A DNA stretch of 64,000 nt from Marsupella aquatica (taxonomy: Eukaryota > Plantae > Marchantiophyta), in assembly GCA_973895155.1 (NCBI GenBank), contig OZ316892.1, positions 13,575,270-13,639,269 on the forward strand. Reading direction: 5' to 3'. A program made the translations under genes and the position numbers. Position 1 is the first letter of the stretch, and each line of letters begins with the position of its first letter. Below the pieces are notes generated by a model. The model saw only the letters and a list, made by a program, of their open reading frames with translations. It made no database searches and was not told the DNA's origin. This document shows positions 48,891 through 62,617 of the stretch, piece by piece.

Positions 48891-49605
48891 CTCCATCCCT
48901 ACCTATTTTGACTTGGTTTTTTACTCCACGGCCCCCTATGCACTGCCTGGCCCGTCACGCGTCGCCTATACGCGGATGCACCTTTTTTAAGACAGTATTT
49001 TTGTGTTAAGGGGCTTAAACCCCCTTAGGCCCGGTTTTTTAATCCTTTCCAGGCTTCTCATTCGTTAAACGGCATCTTGGGCCCGGTGACCCACCAAATT
49101 AACCGCTTGGACAGGGGGAACGACCCCCTGTGAGACCTGTTGCACAGTCCAAGGAATATTCCGAAAAAAACAGAGAGCTGTTTTTCGGCCTTTAGTCAAA
49201 GATTCCAAGGTCCGAACAGTAACTTTTTTTAGATCTTTTTTGGCGAGAACGTAGCCACTGAAGCTAGCAACTCGGTGCACCACTCGATTTGAAGTTCTGA
49301 CGACGGGTGGTACTTGGAATTTTTCTTATTCCCCAAGGTGGTCAAAACGGGGAAGAATTTTTGAGTTTTACCCACCCCGACCAAACGTGAAAAAGTTTTT
49401 CGTCGGAACTCGATTTCAATTTTGGATTTCAGCGTTGGCTTGCTAGGTTGGTGGGCTAAGTGGCGGTGATAAGTTTCAAGTTTTTTGGAAAGTTGCGAAA
49501 AATGACATTTTTTCGTGATTTGGATTTGAGTCAACGAGAAGGAAGGAAGGAAAAAGCATATAAGGAGTAGCACAGCAATAGCACGTGGAGAACATTGGGA
49601 GGATA

Positions 49606-52600
49606 ATGATGGCATCTAAGTTTGGAGGTGTCAAGTTTGAGGTGGAAAAATATGATGGGCGCACAGATTATTTGCTATGGGAGAAGCAGGTTAAGGGAAT
49701 TCTTCGTGCTATGGGCCTAGATTATCTGCTATCGACTCAGGAGGAGTCTAGCAGTGAGGAGGAGATTCCGTTGAGGAAATGGAGGCAAGAGCAAGTGATT
49801 GCTGTGAATGTGGTTATGCTGTATCTGAAGCCGCATATCATTAAGAAGCTGGACGACTACGAGGATTGCATATCCTTATTCAAGGCCCTCAGAGAGAAGT
49901 ACTACCGAGAGGATGCCTCAGATCGGTTGTACAAGAAGTCTCTCTTGATGAGCTTGAGGCTAAAAGAAGGAGGCAAGCTTCGAGATCACTTGGATGAATT
50001 CGACAGCCTAGCTGTAGATTTGTCAAATCTTGGCAAGGGAGTGGAAGATGAAGATAAGGCATTGCTTCTTCTCAGTTCCTTACCCCCTCGTATCAAAGTT
50101 TGAAGCAGGTTCTCTTGTATAGAGATCTCAAAACCATTTTATATGATGAGGTGGTAAGCTCTTTGTTGTCAGATGATGCACAGAAGAAACTGGGTCATGC
50201 CCAAACACCATCTTCATCTGGCAGTGCATTGAATGTAAATCGCGGGAGGACTCAACAACGGATGACTGGTGAAAACAGGTCCTTTTCACAAACGTACCCC
50301 TCACGGAATAGAGGCAAGGAGAAGGCTCACTCTAAGTCTAGATCCAGGTCTAGAGAGAAATCTCTAGAAAGGAAACCAATTATATGCTGGAAATGTAACA
50401 AGCCTGGCCACATGAAACGAGACTGTCGAGTCAAGCAGACTCATCAACCATCAGCGAACGCAACCACTGATGTTGATATGATTGACTTGCTTGATGATGA
50501 AATCTTGTGAAGTCCAGATGTTGCCCTTTGCATTTCATCCAGTAACAATGGTGATGAATGGATTTTAGATTGTGCCTGTACCTATCATATTTGTTGTATG
50601 AAAGAGTTTTTTACTTCTTACTCAGTATCAACCGGTTCCGTGTTGATGGGGAATGATCATCCTTGTCAAATTGTTGGAATTGGATCCATGAAAATTCGGA
50701 TGTTTGATGGAGCTGTCCGAACAGTGAGTAATGTCAGACACATACCTGACATGAAAAAGAACTTGATTTCTCTTGGAATGTTGGAAGCAAATGGATGTCA
50801 GTGGAGTCTGCTGATGGTATTCTTCAAGTGTCAACCGGAGGCAAGGTTGTCATGAAGGGTAAGCGGCACAGGAATCTATATTTGTTGGAGGGCAACGTGA
50901 TTTGTGAAGAAGCCAATGTAACTAGATCTCAAGGCGAGATGACTCAGTTATGGCACTGCAGATTGGGACACATGAGTGAAAAAGGTTTTGCGGTACTTCG
51001 CAGGAAAGGACTTCTTTCTAATTTGGAATCTACTAAGCTAGATTTTTGTGAACACTGTGTGCTTGGGAAGCAGCACAAGAGAACCTTTGGTGTTGGAACT
51101 CACAATACCAAAGCTATACTTGAGTATGTACATAGTGATGTGTGGGGTCCAGCCCCAACTCCCTCACTTTTTGGAAAATTGTACTATGTCACGTTCATTG
51201 ATGATTACTCACGGTATGTGTGGATCACATTTCTACACGCCAAGTCTGAAGTTTTTGGCACTTTTAAGAAGTGGAAAGCCCAAATTGAGAATCAAACTGG
51301 ATCCAAGGTGAGATATCTGCGATCAGATAACGGCGGGGAGTACAGTTCAAGTGAGTTTGAACTATATTGTGTAGAGCAAGGGATTACTCGTCATCTCACG
51401 ACAGTTTATACTCCTCAACAGAATGATGTTTGTGAGCGGCTAAACCGAACACTATTGGAGCGATCGAGGAGTATGTTGAGCCAATCAGGTTTACCACATG
51501 AATTTTGGGCTGAAGCTATAAATACAGCAGCTTATTTGGTAAATCTTTCTCCTTCAAGTGCAATCAATTTCAAGACGCCGTTTGAAATGAGATATGGACG
51601 GCACGCAGACTATCAGGTTTTGAGAGTCTTTGGAAGTGATGCATATGCTCTCACACCTAAGCATAATCGATCTAAACTAGATTCTACTTCCAAGAAGTGT
51701 CTTTTTCTTGGTTATCAACCAGGTGTGAAAGGTTATAGGCTATGGGATCCAGAAGCTTGTACGTTGCTTGTCAGTAGAGATGTATCCTTTAATGAATCCA
51801 GATCATCAAAGGAGGGGGAGAATGCTCAGGCTTCCCGTACTGACAAAGGTAAATCTCCTATCCTGGACCATGTTGTGGGGGAGATTGGTCATGAGAGTTT
51901 TCATGACATAAATGAAGGAGGTGCTCCGAGAATGGATCTGGTTCCGGTATTGGAACAAGAGGAGCAAGTTGTTGTTGGAATACCTCAAATTCAACCAACA
52001 GAACAAGATCAACCAGAATCATCAGCTAGAAAATCAAGACGTACTACTCAAGCTCCTACAAGGTATGGACAATGGACAGATTCATCAAGGTTAGATGATG
52101 TTGACATTGCACCTGAAGATGATGACAGAGCACTGATCTTGGAAGAAGGAGAACCTTCTCCTTATCATGAGGCGTGCATTTCAGACGAGAAAGATGAATG
52201 GAATGCAGCGATGCAGAGGGAGTTGCAATCTTTAAGTGACAACAGAACATGAGAGCTGGTGCAACTGCCAAGTGATCAACAAGTGGTGGATAGCAAATGG
52301 ATTTACAAGCTGAAGGACAACTCTTCAGATGGAGGAGACAAGATATACAAGGCAAGGCTTGTTGCCAAGGGATTCACTCAAGAGAAGGGAGTGGATTACA
52401 ATGAGGTCTTCTCTCCAGTTGCCAAGTATTTCACGATACGAATTTTGTGTCAACTTGTTATGTTTTTTGATCGATCTGGTGTTAGATCAAATGGATGTTG
52501 TTACTGCTTTTCTCTATGGCACCTTGGAAGAACAAATTTTCATGAGGCAACCACTGGGCTTTGTGAAGAAGGGCCAAGAGAGTTTAGTTTGCAGGTTGCT

Positions 52601-53741
52601 TAAGTCCTTGTATGGATTGAAGCAAGCTCCTCGACAATGGAACAAACGGTTTGATGATTTCATGCTTGCACAAGGATTCACTAGGATGGTGTATGACCCT
52701 TGTGTGTATACAAAATCAGTCAAGAATGGTGTGTTTGGTTTGCTCATTCTGGTGCTCTATGTGGATGACATGTTGATTGCGGCTAAGGATCAAACTGAGG
52801 TTGACAAACTCAAAGCAAAATTGAGTTCTGAATTCCGAATGAAGGATCTTGGGAAAGCCAAGAAGATCTTAGGTATGGAGATTACGAGGAACTTTGAAAC
52901 TGGACAATTGTGGCTGAATCAAGGCAAGTATGCTGAAAAGGTACTTGCAAGATTCAACATGGAAAATTGTAAGCCAGTAAGTATTCCTTTGGCTCCACAT
53001 TTCAAGTTATCATCGGCTTTCTGCCCCACGGATCCAGTGGAGAGAGGCTTGATGACTAAGGTTCCTTATGAGAAGGCAGTGGGCAGTCTAATGTATTTGA
53101 TGACATGTACCAGGCCTGATCTAGCCCTAGCAATGGGCAAAGTGAGTAGATTCATGTCAAATCCAGGGAAGGTACATTGGGAGGCTGTGAAATGGATTCT
53201 CAGGTATCTTAAGGGCACAATAGACTATGGTCTGTTATTTGATAGTAGATCAAACAAAACCAAATCTTTGGTTGGCTATGTAGATTCTGACTACGGAGGC
53301 TGTCTGGAAACAAGGAGGTCAACGACTGGGTATGTGTTTACTCTTGGAAGAGGATGCATAAGTTGGAGATCTACCTTGCAGAAGTGTGTATCTCAGTCTA
53401 CTACAGAAGCAGAATATGTTGCAGCAGCAGAAGCAGCAAAGGAAGCAATTTGGTTGGATAAGCTGGCCACTGAGATGGGATTGGAGCATGGAAAAATGAC
53501 TCTTCATTGTGACAGCCAAAGTGCGCTTCACCTAGCTATAAACCAGGTTATGGATAGCAGGGTGAAACACATTGACATCAGGTACCATTTTATTAGGCAA
53601 GCAATGTCTGATAAAATGTTTGAGCTAGTCAAGATTGATGGAAAGCTCAACCCGGCTGATGCTTTTACCAAAGTGATTCCTTTGGAGAGTTACTCAAGAC
53701 ATCGTGCTACTTTGCAAGTTTTGCATTTGCAGCACAAGTAG
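49606..53741 (+). pseudogene. Element E gag-pol with frameshifts and stops
   Basis: EKYDG..DYLLW, CWKCNKPGH, WILDCAC, HSDVWGP, RSDNGGEY, YVDDML and KHIDIRYHF motifs; lesions near 50090, 50810, 52250 and 52470. Confidence 0.95.
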
Positions 53742-54359
53742 AGTAACTTAATAATATGTAATTTTTGTATATGGGTTACTCAATCCTGTTATGGCTACGG
53801 CTTAATTCTAGTTAACCCTTAGTTAACCTTAAATGGTTTTTAGGGGGACACCTATGGTTTTAGGTGATTGTCTAGAATTTCCCGTTGAGTATCTCATATG
53901 GATAGCAGAAATTGCAGTCTCCAAGACTAGAGTCAAGGGGGAGTTTGTTAAGAATTGCTCTTAGTCTTGTGACTCATAGGTTACGGCACTTAGGCTAACC
54001 AAAGTTAGGATCTTAGCTGAGGTTAGGTTAGTCGTGTGTGACTTTGTATATACCAGGGCTAGTGTAAGCCGCTGGTGTGGTGTGCTTACTGATTGTAACG
54101 GAGCAACTTGAGGAAGAGGGAGAGCATGTGTGTTCGTTTACTCTTGAAGTAAAGCTTGAGTGTTCGTGTGGATGTAGCCTTGGAGAAGAGGTGAACCACG
54201 TAGAGATTGTGTCGACTACGTGTGCATGGAATGAGTCATGGTTGTATGGTCATTGCGAATGACATCTTAGTTCAACACTCCTCAGCCTCTAGCTGGTCAC
54301 TTTGGGGCCCTAGTCCAACTCTCTCTCCTTCCTAGTATGGGTAGTGTTGGATCCCTGAC

Positions 54360-54645
54360 TATTCTCCCCCCTTGTGGGTTACCCCTTTGTTCTTCAGGTG
54401 GTGCTTTCTCCAAAGTACAATGTTGTTCTGTGTGTGGGTATTGTTCCCCCTTGTGGGTTACCCTAAGGTGGTGTGGGTATTGTTCCCCCTTGTGGGTTAC
54501 CCTAAGGTGGTGCATTCTCCAAAGTAGAATGTTGTTATGTTTGTGAGTGGTCTGCTTTTAGGAGAATTGTCTCCCCTTGTGGGTTACCCTAGAGTGATGC
54601 ATTCTCCAAAGTAGGAGGTGCATTCTCCAAAGTAGAATATTGTTG
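54360..54645. repeat. Minisatellite-like cluster
   Basis: Several copies each of ccccttgtgggttaccct and gtgcattctccaaagta. Confidence 0.85.
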
Positions 54646-55210
54646 TGTAGATGGGTCTAGGAAGGAAGGGTTTAGGATGGGTTTCAAGGCCCCCCAAAAA
54701 AGAAATTTCGGTTTCAAGGCAAAAAGAAATACAGTAGAATTGAGAAACTACGTTTGAACGAAGGGCGGGGCAAGGCGGGGCGAGGCCGGGCGAGGCGAGG
54801 CGGGGCGGCAAGAATCGAGAAACAAGCCTTTCGAGGCCCGACGAGAAGTTGACGCAAAGCAGGGAAGTACAGGTTCCGAAGCGGCAGGAGGCCTCGGAGG
54901 ATTTACGGCGAGGTGCGGCGTCGTCGAATGCGCAATTCCCGTCGACAGTCGTCAAACAAAGCTGGTGTAGAACAGTAGAGTGGGTTTAATTTTCCAGCTA
55001 TTCTTTCGTTCTCCTCCATCGCAGTCCCAGGGCCCTGCGCACGCCCTCGCAAGCAAAGTGCAAAGTCCTCCTAGAGGTGCTGCTGTCTACCCTCGGCAAT
55101 CTCTTAATTGCTCGGCCAGCGTATGTGGCCTGCCCGCTGCAGCAGAATGGAGGTTCCTGCGAGGTTTTGATTTTTCCCATATTGTACCAGTCCGGGAGGG
55201 TTTTGCAGCA

Positions 55211-58200
55211 ATGACCTCGAGCTGGCATTCCTTGCTGGTCAGGATCGGCGAAAGATGTGCTCAGTACGGTGGACACGCAGATGCCGAAGACCACATTGTA
55301 TTTCTTCTTCTTCTTCTTCTTCTTCTTCTTCTTCTTCTTCTTCTTCTGTTTGTCTTGTTGTTTCGTTCCCTCTCTTAATTCTCCAATTTTTCTCACTCGA
55401 CGATGTGTTAAAGTGTGTATGGCCGGGCTTAGTCTGGCTTCGCTATCTCGAAAGACTGGTGCAATAGAGAGACAGAGTCTTTGCAACTGGTGAATGTTTT
55501 ATCAGGAATGCCGAAAAACTTTATGACGCTCCGAGAGCACAGCTGACTATCGTCGCCTTGCTCTTTGATTTTCATTTTGCTTGGGCAGGAGACCTGCTTG
55601 GGGTCTCTGACAAGGGATATCCCACAACATGGCGAGGAAATTTTGTCGGTAAGATTTTTTGAATTCAGTTCTTTGGTTGGCTCAATCAAGCTGTATGTAG
55701 GGTGACATTAGCTGCCAATTCTATTCCCAAACACACCGACCGTCAACTGATACTGAAAGCCATTTGTGCTTGTCACTTGTTTGGTCTCAGCTGCTGATGC
55801 AATGTGTGGAGGAGCTGCCTCACAAAGACCCTTTGTACGGAACTCTGGTATGTCTATTTTTCAAAGCTGTTCTGAAAGGTCATATCATTGAGTTTTAAGT
55901 GTAGATGATCAGGGGAGGAGTTAGTACAGTGCGCTCGTGGATTCAAACTCAAGATCGAAAGTAATACAGTAAAATACTGATATTTTCCAGAAAGTTTGTT
56001 AACGTTACAATCGGACGGTCATGTTGGCTCAATGAATTAAAACAGGTGGGCTTGATAAATCTTGAAAACACCGACTTTGTGGCGAAAATTGTCGCTCAAA
56101 CACACGATGGCCTTCAGGTATGACTCAGCGTACTCCAGCACATAGCTTACTCGGTTTGATTGTCGGCAGTTTCAGGTCTTTCTGGCCTAGACCTTTGTGG
56201 GATTAATGTAAGTCTGTCAGCATCCTCCTCTTCAACCCTTAAACATCCAAACGGTAGCTCCGTATGGCGCAAGCCTCCAGGTCTAGAACGTGATACCGGG
56301 AAATCCAAAACCACTTCGTTCTGGAGGCCCTGTCTTGAAACAGTAACTCAGTAAACTGCACATGAAAAGCAACTTTATGTTCGTCAACAAGATCCAAGCG
56401 TTAAAGCTAATTTCACCTCACCCAGCGTATACGACTGAAACACGCTGCGGGAAATCTATTAAACAGGAGAGTTTCAAGCACTAGCGTCAGTCGTTTGTGC
56501 AGAGGGAATTTTTCTGTGCAGCTGACACCATCCCGTTTTGCAGGCTGCATTGGATTCAGGGAATTGTAACAAGATGCGCACGTTGATGCGTTTTTTAACG
56601 GCTTTGGTGTGTAGAATGAACCTTCCAAGCCCTGATTTCGAAATGCATTTTTGGAGACAGATATGCTTGTTGTGAAATGCTCTGGCTTCTGTATCGTCTG
56701 AATGTTTCTAGGTCAGTATCCCAATCTACGATAAGTCCCCGCAGCTCATTTGACTGTAATTTGAATTTAAAAGTCACACAACTTTCAGAGCAAGAAGCTC
56801 TGTCAAGGACTCGTCTCTGTGGACCATGAATTAGTGAGATGATCATTTGTGTCCAAGTTCTCTTTGCAATGCTAGAAACCCCGGTTCTGGATGGCAGGCA
56901 TTTCTCACATTCATCCTCAGTAGCGGCTTTGATCGCTGAGCCGTTGAGCTTTTAAAGGTCACTAATGTTGGTCTCGTTTGGTCAGATGAGCAGTAATGTG
57001 ATTCCCTCAACTGCTCTCATAGAAGTATTTGAAACGTTGGTATCATCAGCTGCCACAACGATTGATGAGGATGGGGGCAACCCTTCATGGCAACCTCGTG
57101 CCGACTTCTACGTGTTCTGCATCTTAGCCTCGCTTCCTTGGGGTGGACTTGAGCTTGCGGAGGTGGAGAGTTCTTCACACAGTTTTTTCTGCTTTTTCCT
57201 CCCCTGTTTGATGTGGATAACGATGATGCTTGTGGTCCAGAATTAACATAGTCCCTTACCCTGCCAGCGAGTACCAGATGATTTGGAGCGGGTGTTAGCT
57301 GGAGTAGAGGCATATCTGACTCTGCGCAAACAGTGCTCAGAACCATCTCTTTCAGTATTCAACACTGTTGGGACCGGGACTGACCAGACAACCGAGCAAG
57401 AGGTATGCAAAATATTCTTTGGAATCTGATCTATTTAAGGGCAACAGTTGTCATATTATTACGACCTGAGGAGTTGGATACGGGCTTTCCAAGAGAGCTA
57501 ATAGATTGCTGACCAGAAACGCGGAAAGAATGGCGTGCCTCACATTACAGCTCGGCCTTAAAATGACATGCTGCCTGCTTCACGTCCTACCCACCGAAAG
57601 CATGAGAAGCTGTGATGCCAAATATTGACAAGAAATGACTACTTTTTCAAGCTTCTCAGTTGAATAAAAAATTCCTATGCATACCTTTAATTATAGGATC
57701 TGCTTGCAGCCTGTTTGTTCATGTGGAGAGCTTAATGTGATGACAATGCTTTGTTAACCGTCGGGTCTGAGTAATAGTTTGCGTTGAATATTGTGTTGCA
57801 CGAGTCGAGGAAGACTTATGAAACCTCTGTGCAGGACTTTCTGGAAGATCTATGGTCCGTCATTCAGGGTTTGGTGGAAAGTGGCTGGAAGATTGAAAGT
57901 GGTAAGGGGTTTCAGTGTTTCTTCAATACTCTTTTGTGGCTCTTTGGCATATATTTGAATTGTGTTGGGACGTATTTGAATTGTGTTGGGACGTCTCACC
58001 TTGCTCGTATTACGCGTTAGTAAACTCTTTGTAACTGGTTACTTCCCTACTACCTGACCGAAGTTCTCTTACTTGTGACTGGCAGTCCCAAGACCACATC
58101 TAGCGTTTGAGTCTCGACTAGTGACAGGTCCAAGCCATGAGTTTTTACCCTTGTCCTGCCCCGACGCCCCGAAACTGCCACCCAATCCATCAGATATAAT

Positions 58201-61200
58201 CATGGGTAAACATCGGCTGGAGGCGGAGCTGTTGTACCCTCGAAGGATCGGTCGACTTCGTATATTTCCAGGCTCCAAGACAGATGAAGTGTGTACGCTA
58301 TCTTACGTCGGTGAAGTCTATATATTTACGGAAGTTCTTTATCGCAAGATTTATCGGAATTTGTGTTTTGAAGTACTCCTGCTGCGAGGTGACTAAATCA
58401 ACCATAACTCAAATCCTTTGTTGGTGGATACAGAAAATTGCACCAGTTGATCGGTTCGTTGTGGCAGAGTATCTCCTGGATGTCCTTTTTTATCTGAATG
58501 GCTGGTGAGATCAATGTGTCTTCATAGAAAGTCGTCAAATTCAAAATCTCTCCTTGTGAATTCAGTTTTTGCTTATTTTTCTTCAGACAGTTAGCTTTAG
58601 TGTCGAATGTATGGCTTGAAGAAATAGTGCTGGCTTGAAGATGCCCTAGAGTAATGAATACCCTCGATGTTAAGCTGCCTGCGATCAATCTTCCCGGAGA
58701 CGACTATTAGTCATTCTGCCTGGTTTGGCATTATACCCAACCTTATCACGGGAACTTGTTATTAACGAAGTTGTTTTCCTTGTAGTCGCAAAGAGTGTGC
58801 AGCATACATGGTGGGCCTTCCTGTGCCATTCCGTTATGAGTATCTCATGGCTGAGATAGTTTTTTCACAGGTCTTCGATCTCGCCTGACTAATCTTTTCC
58901 AAAAAGAAATCCGTTTAATTAGGAAAAGAGTTTTGTCTTTGAATAGCCATTCAAACTGAAAGACCTGACTTTAGAAAGGAACCGTATTGGCTGTTTCAAT
59001 TCTGGAGGCGAAACGTGTAAGGTTGCTAGCGTAGTATATGTTTCCTGCACAAACTCTAGTTGAGTAGCTACTTGACTTAAACTGTGCTGTACATAATCAG
59101 AAAAGAATGTCTTGAGTAAAGCAGTCCTAATTTAGCTCAAAAGTTGCAGCTCCGTTTCGTTATTGACGATTTCCTGTTTGACGTGCCGACAGCTCCTCCT
59201 ACTTCCAGCACCTCCATTCCGACTGATCTACTATACAGTTGTCATGGTGGATCTCTGCAAGGTGGCTTCTTTGTTCTGCACATTCAGAAACCAATAAATC
59301 TGACTCACTAGTTGTGCAAGCCCTCTGGATTGAAGCTGAACAGTACCAGTTTAAGTAGACATGCTTCCGCTAGATAAAAGTACGGCATACATTGGCTGAA
59401 CTAGATTTCTTTTAGAGAAATATCTTTGTTTGCTAAATGTTAGGATTTTCTGGGAGATGTAGCTTAGAAGGTCTGAAGGCTTGATTGGTTGGGACTTCCA
59501 GGCACTCCCTGGGGCTTTTCCAGCTGTCGTAGCTGGTGCTGTTCGGATCCTCTTCGAAAAAGTTGGGGATATGGATGTGGAGTGCCGGATCCGGCTAGTG
59601 CAATGGCTCTCACATCATTTGTATGTCTCAATATGTTCCCCCTGTAAGATAGACATTGTAGTTTGACTTCAAGGTACAGTTTTCGTCTAGTGTACTAGAT
59701 ATCGAAGTGCGATCGTAGCCTTGATACAGAAGCACGTTTGTCATCTATTCCACTGCTTCCCACCGTGTTTTTCTGGTACTCGTGTATTGTAATTATGGAT
59801 TATGGGTGATGTTCTGCTGAAGCTGCTGTTTGTTTCCAGGTCAAATTTCCAGTTTGTATGGCCTTGGGAGGAATGGTGTCACGTTTTGGAGCAACCAAAA
59901 TGGTCACCACAACGGGTGTTTGCTCAGGAAGTCCTTGATAAGGAGGTGCGGTTGGCGTATTATGACAAGATAAAGGAGGTACTTGTGACAGTAACGAATG
60001 TCTATCACCACAGGCATGGACATTTTTGTTCGTTCTTGTCCAATTTAAAATTTAGATGCTTTAGATGGACTGGCAGTGTTTTTTTCCTTGTGTTTGCTTA
60101 GTCTCAGACTAATTGTAAATATTTTAGATGATCTGTCAGATTTCATAGTAGGATATTTCCCGCTGTTTTGGTAGTAGTTCGCCCTCACATCAGCCAAATT
60201 AAAACCGTGAAGCGAGTATATCCTGGAGCAGCAGAATTGCGTTTTACTGTGCACGCGGTCTTGTGGCTTACATATTTGGTCTAGGTTCCAATGTTAAAGT
60301 CAAACTACAAATTCACCTGGTCTGCTTCTGTCACATTTTTTAAGTGTTTTCTGGTGTGGTCGATATTGTGTCCAACTTGAACAGAGTTTGCAGAGCAGTC
60401 CCAGATTAATTGATCTCCTTCCGCCTCGAAGTGCGCCATATTACAAGTACGGTCCAGATCACATGGGAGAAGCGTCACAAGTAGAGGTTGCTATTGCTAC
60501 TGAGTTGATAGGAATGACGAGGGCAAAGAAATCTGCAAGGGATATTCAAGTGTTCATCGAAGAGAAAATTTTGCCAAATCAAGGGCAGAAGATGGCTATC
60601 GAAGTTTCTGTGCAAACATTTCTATACATTGGTTCGAAGAGTTTTACCCACACTGTTACCATTCTAGAAAAGTATGGTACAGTGTTGAACAAACTGACGT
60701 CATCAACTCAGGACTGGCACATCGCAATGATTGAAGCTGTGGCTGAATTTTGGAAATACTCATCTCAGATGACTGCTATTGTTATTGATCGCATGATGGG
60801 GTATCGTATTGTTTCCAATTTGGCAATTGTGGCATGGGTGTTTTCCGCGGAGAACGTGAAAAAATTTCATACCACGGACCATGTCTGGGAGGTGAGCCTG
60901 CTTTTCAAAGGGTGAATTTAGGCAAAACGCACAGGAAAGTTGTTTGAGCGGCAGTGATGAAGTGTTTTACAATAGAAGCAGGTGAAATTTTTCTATGATA
61001 TAGTTGAACAAATTAAGAGGTCTTATCTGTCATTGTATGATCTTTGAGATGGCCTTCAGTTTTGATATGCTTGATATTCTTTTGTGAAATAGCAGCTTAC
61101 AAGAGTTTTTTTTCTTTCAATATTCAGATTCTGGGCAACGCAATCAATAAAACAAATAATCGCACGGCAGATTTGCGGAAGGACTTGACTACAATTGAAA

Positions 61201-62617
61201 AAGCTGTGGCAACAGCAACTGCTGCTGTTGTAAAAACTCAGGCCAAAATGGATCTTGCACAAAGCATGTCAGAGTCGGCAGAGACTGAAGATGCGAAGCT
61301 ACAGGCCAAAGCCAAACACGACTGGGCCAATTCCGCTATGAGAAGAGCAAAGGAGGAGGAGAGCTCCTCACAGGAGTCTTTTGAAGCCAAACAGGCGCTT
61401 CTTGCTCGCGCTTTACGTGAACAAGAGGTCTAACTTCCTTTGCCATCCATTTAAAACATGGATCTAAAATACTTCTACTCTATTCTTGATATTTGCTTGC
61501 TGTGCCTCATAGCCTGACAGTAAGTTTAGCTTCTGCTGCGTCTAGCGCTCTCACTTTCCTTACCGGAAAGTTCATGCAACAAAAGCTAAACGCTCCCAAC
61601 ACTCGATGGTGGAAAGTACTGTGCGATATACAAGTATGACGGCTTACTTATCAGGTGGCCCCCTACAGGTCTTGAATCCCCAAATTCTTTGCGATTGCAA
61701 AAAGGGCAGAAGTTCTCTTGGGTTGGCTCCTGGCAGGTTGAGTAGCAGAACTTAGATTAGTTGACCACCTTCTCGGTGATTTGATTGGTTATGGTGTATT
61801 TTTGCAGGCCCTATTCATCTCCGTATTCCAAAACTTTGCCAGAGTCCTAAGTGATCGACTGTCCAACCCTTCTCATTCTGAGGGACCCACGATCCCTGCG
61901 AAAAGTGAAAATGATTTGGATACCAAGGAGGATCTGATGGTGGTAGATGGAGATGTAGTAGCAGGAGCAGAGGAGAATGTTGAAGGGGATGGTGACCGTA
62001 GTAACCAACGGTACATAACAGTTTTACTTGTTCTAGTGCTTTTGGTGCCCTCCAATGACACTTTTTTGCATACGGACCTTCTTTACTTTGTGAAGATTGT
62101 GAAAGTGATGTGTCGTTGAACTGAAGTTAGCAGTGTACTGTTTTTAAGGTAACTTGGGTGTTCGGGTATCTTATCATATCGCAATCTATCTATTATATGG
62201 CTTGAAAGCACTCTTGAAACGACGTTATTACAGGCACGGACTTCCAAAAAATAACGGAGCACCGCCCATGGAGGATCTAGAAGTACAGGAGGAACAACAG
62301 TGGTGTAAATGTACACTAGGACATTTACGATCTATTTCGCGGCACTATGCCACAGAGGTGATTTGCTTCGTTGCGTTTTACTCTCGTAACGACAGATTCA
62401 CAACAGGCAATGAAATCTTGAAAATCTTGGAATAGGGGTATCGATGGCTGACCTCCGTGGTCAAGTATATTTGGAGTGAAAACTCACAGCTGTTCTTGTC
62501 ATGGTGATCCTGCAGGTGTGGGCTTTGATGGAAAAATTAGATACAGAGGTTTTCACTGGCACTGTCCATCCAACTGTGTCCCTAACAGCTTTCTCAGGCT
62601 TCAGAAGACATTGGTAG
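55211..62617 (+). CDS. CBP80: Nuclear cap-binding protein subunit 1 (CBP80/ABH1/NCBP1)
   Basis: 19 GT-AG exons in frame: 55211-55297, 55589-55648, 55791-55847, 56046-56117, 56544-56606, 56986-57162, 57268-57402, 57835-57901, 58086-58288, 58434-58504, 58786-58870, 59193-59261, 59502-59620, 59840-59978, 60385-60891, 61128-61427, 61808-62010, 62234-62357, 62516-62617. Motifs GNPSWQPRADFYV..LPWGG, LSNFQFVWPWEEW and IGSKSFTH. Confidence 0.95.
55303..55348. repeat. (CTT)n microsatellite in CBP80 intron 1
   Basis: Uninterrupted CTT run just after the first donor site. Confidence 0.95.

Larger units (their letters stand above)
47555..54277 (+). mobile_element. Ty1/copia LTR retrotransposon E, full length and decayed
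   Basis: 332-bp TG..CA LTRs at 47555-47886 and 53946-54277, TSD CTCCT, PBS tggtatcagagc at 47889-47900, PPT aagggggag before the 3' LTR. Confidence 0.97.

Noticed and set aside
48611-49009. Possible env-like or extra ORF in element E
   Set aside because: Its low-complexity translation derives from the GC-rich leader repeats, it starts at TTG and it has no recognisable domain.
54980-55493. Poly-K, poly-L, poly-S and poly-F ORFs
   Set aside because: Artefacts of the intronic (CTT)n microsatellite.
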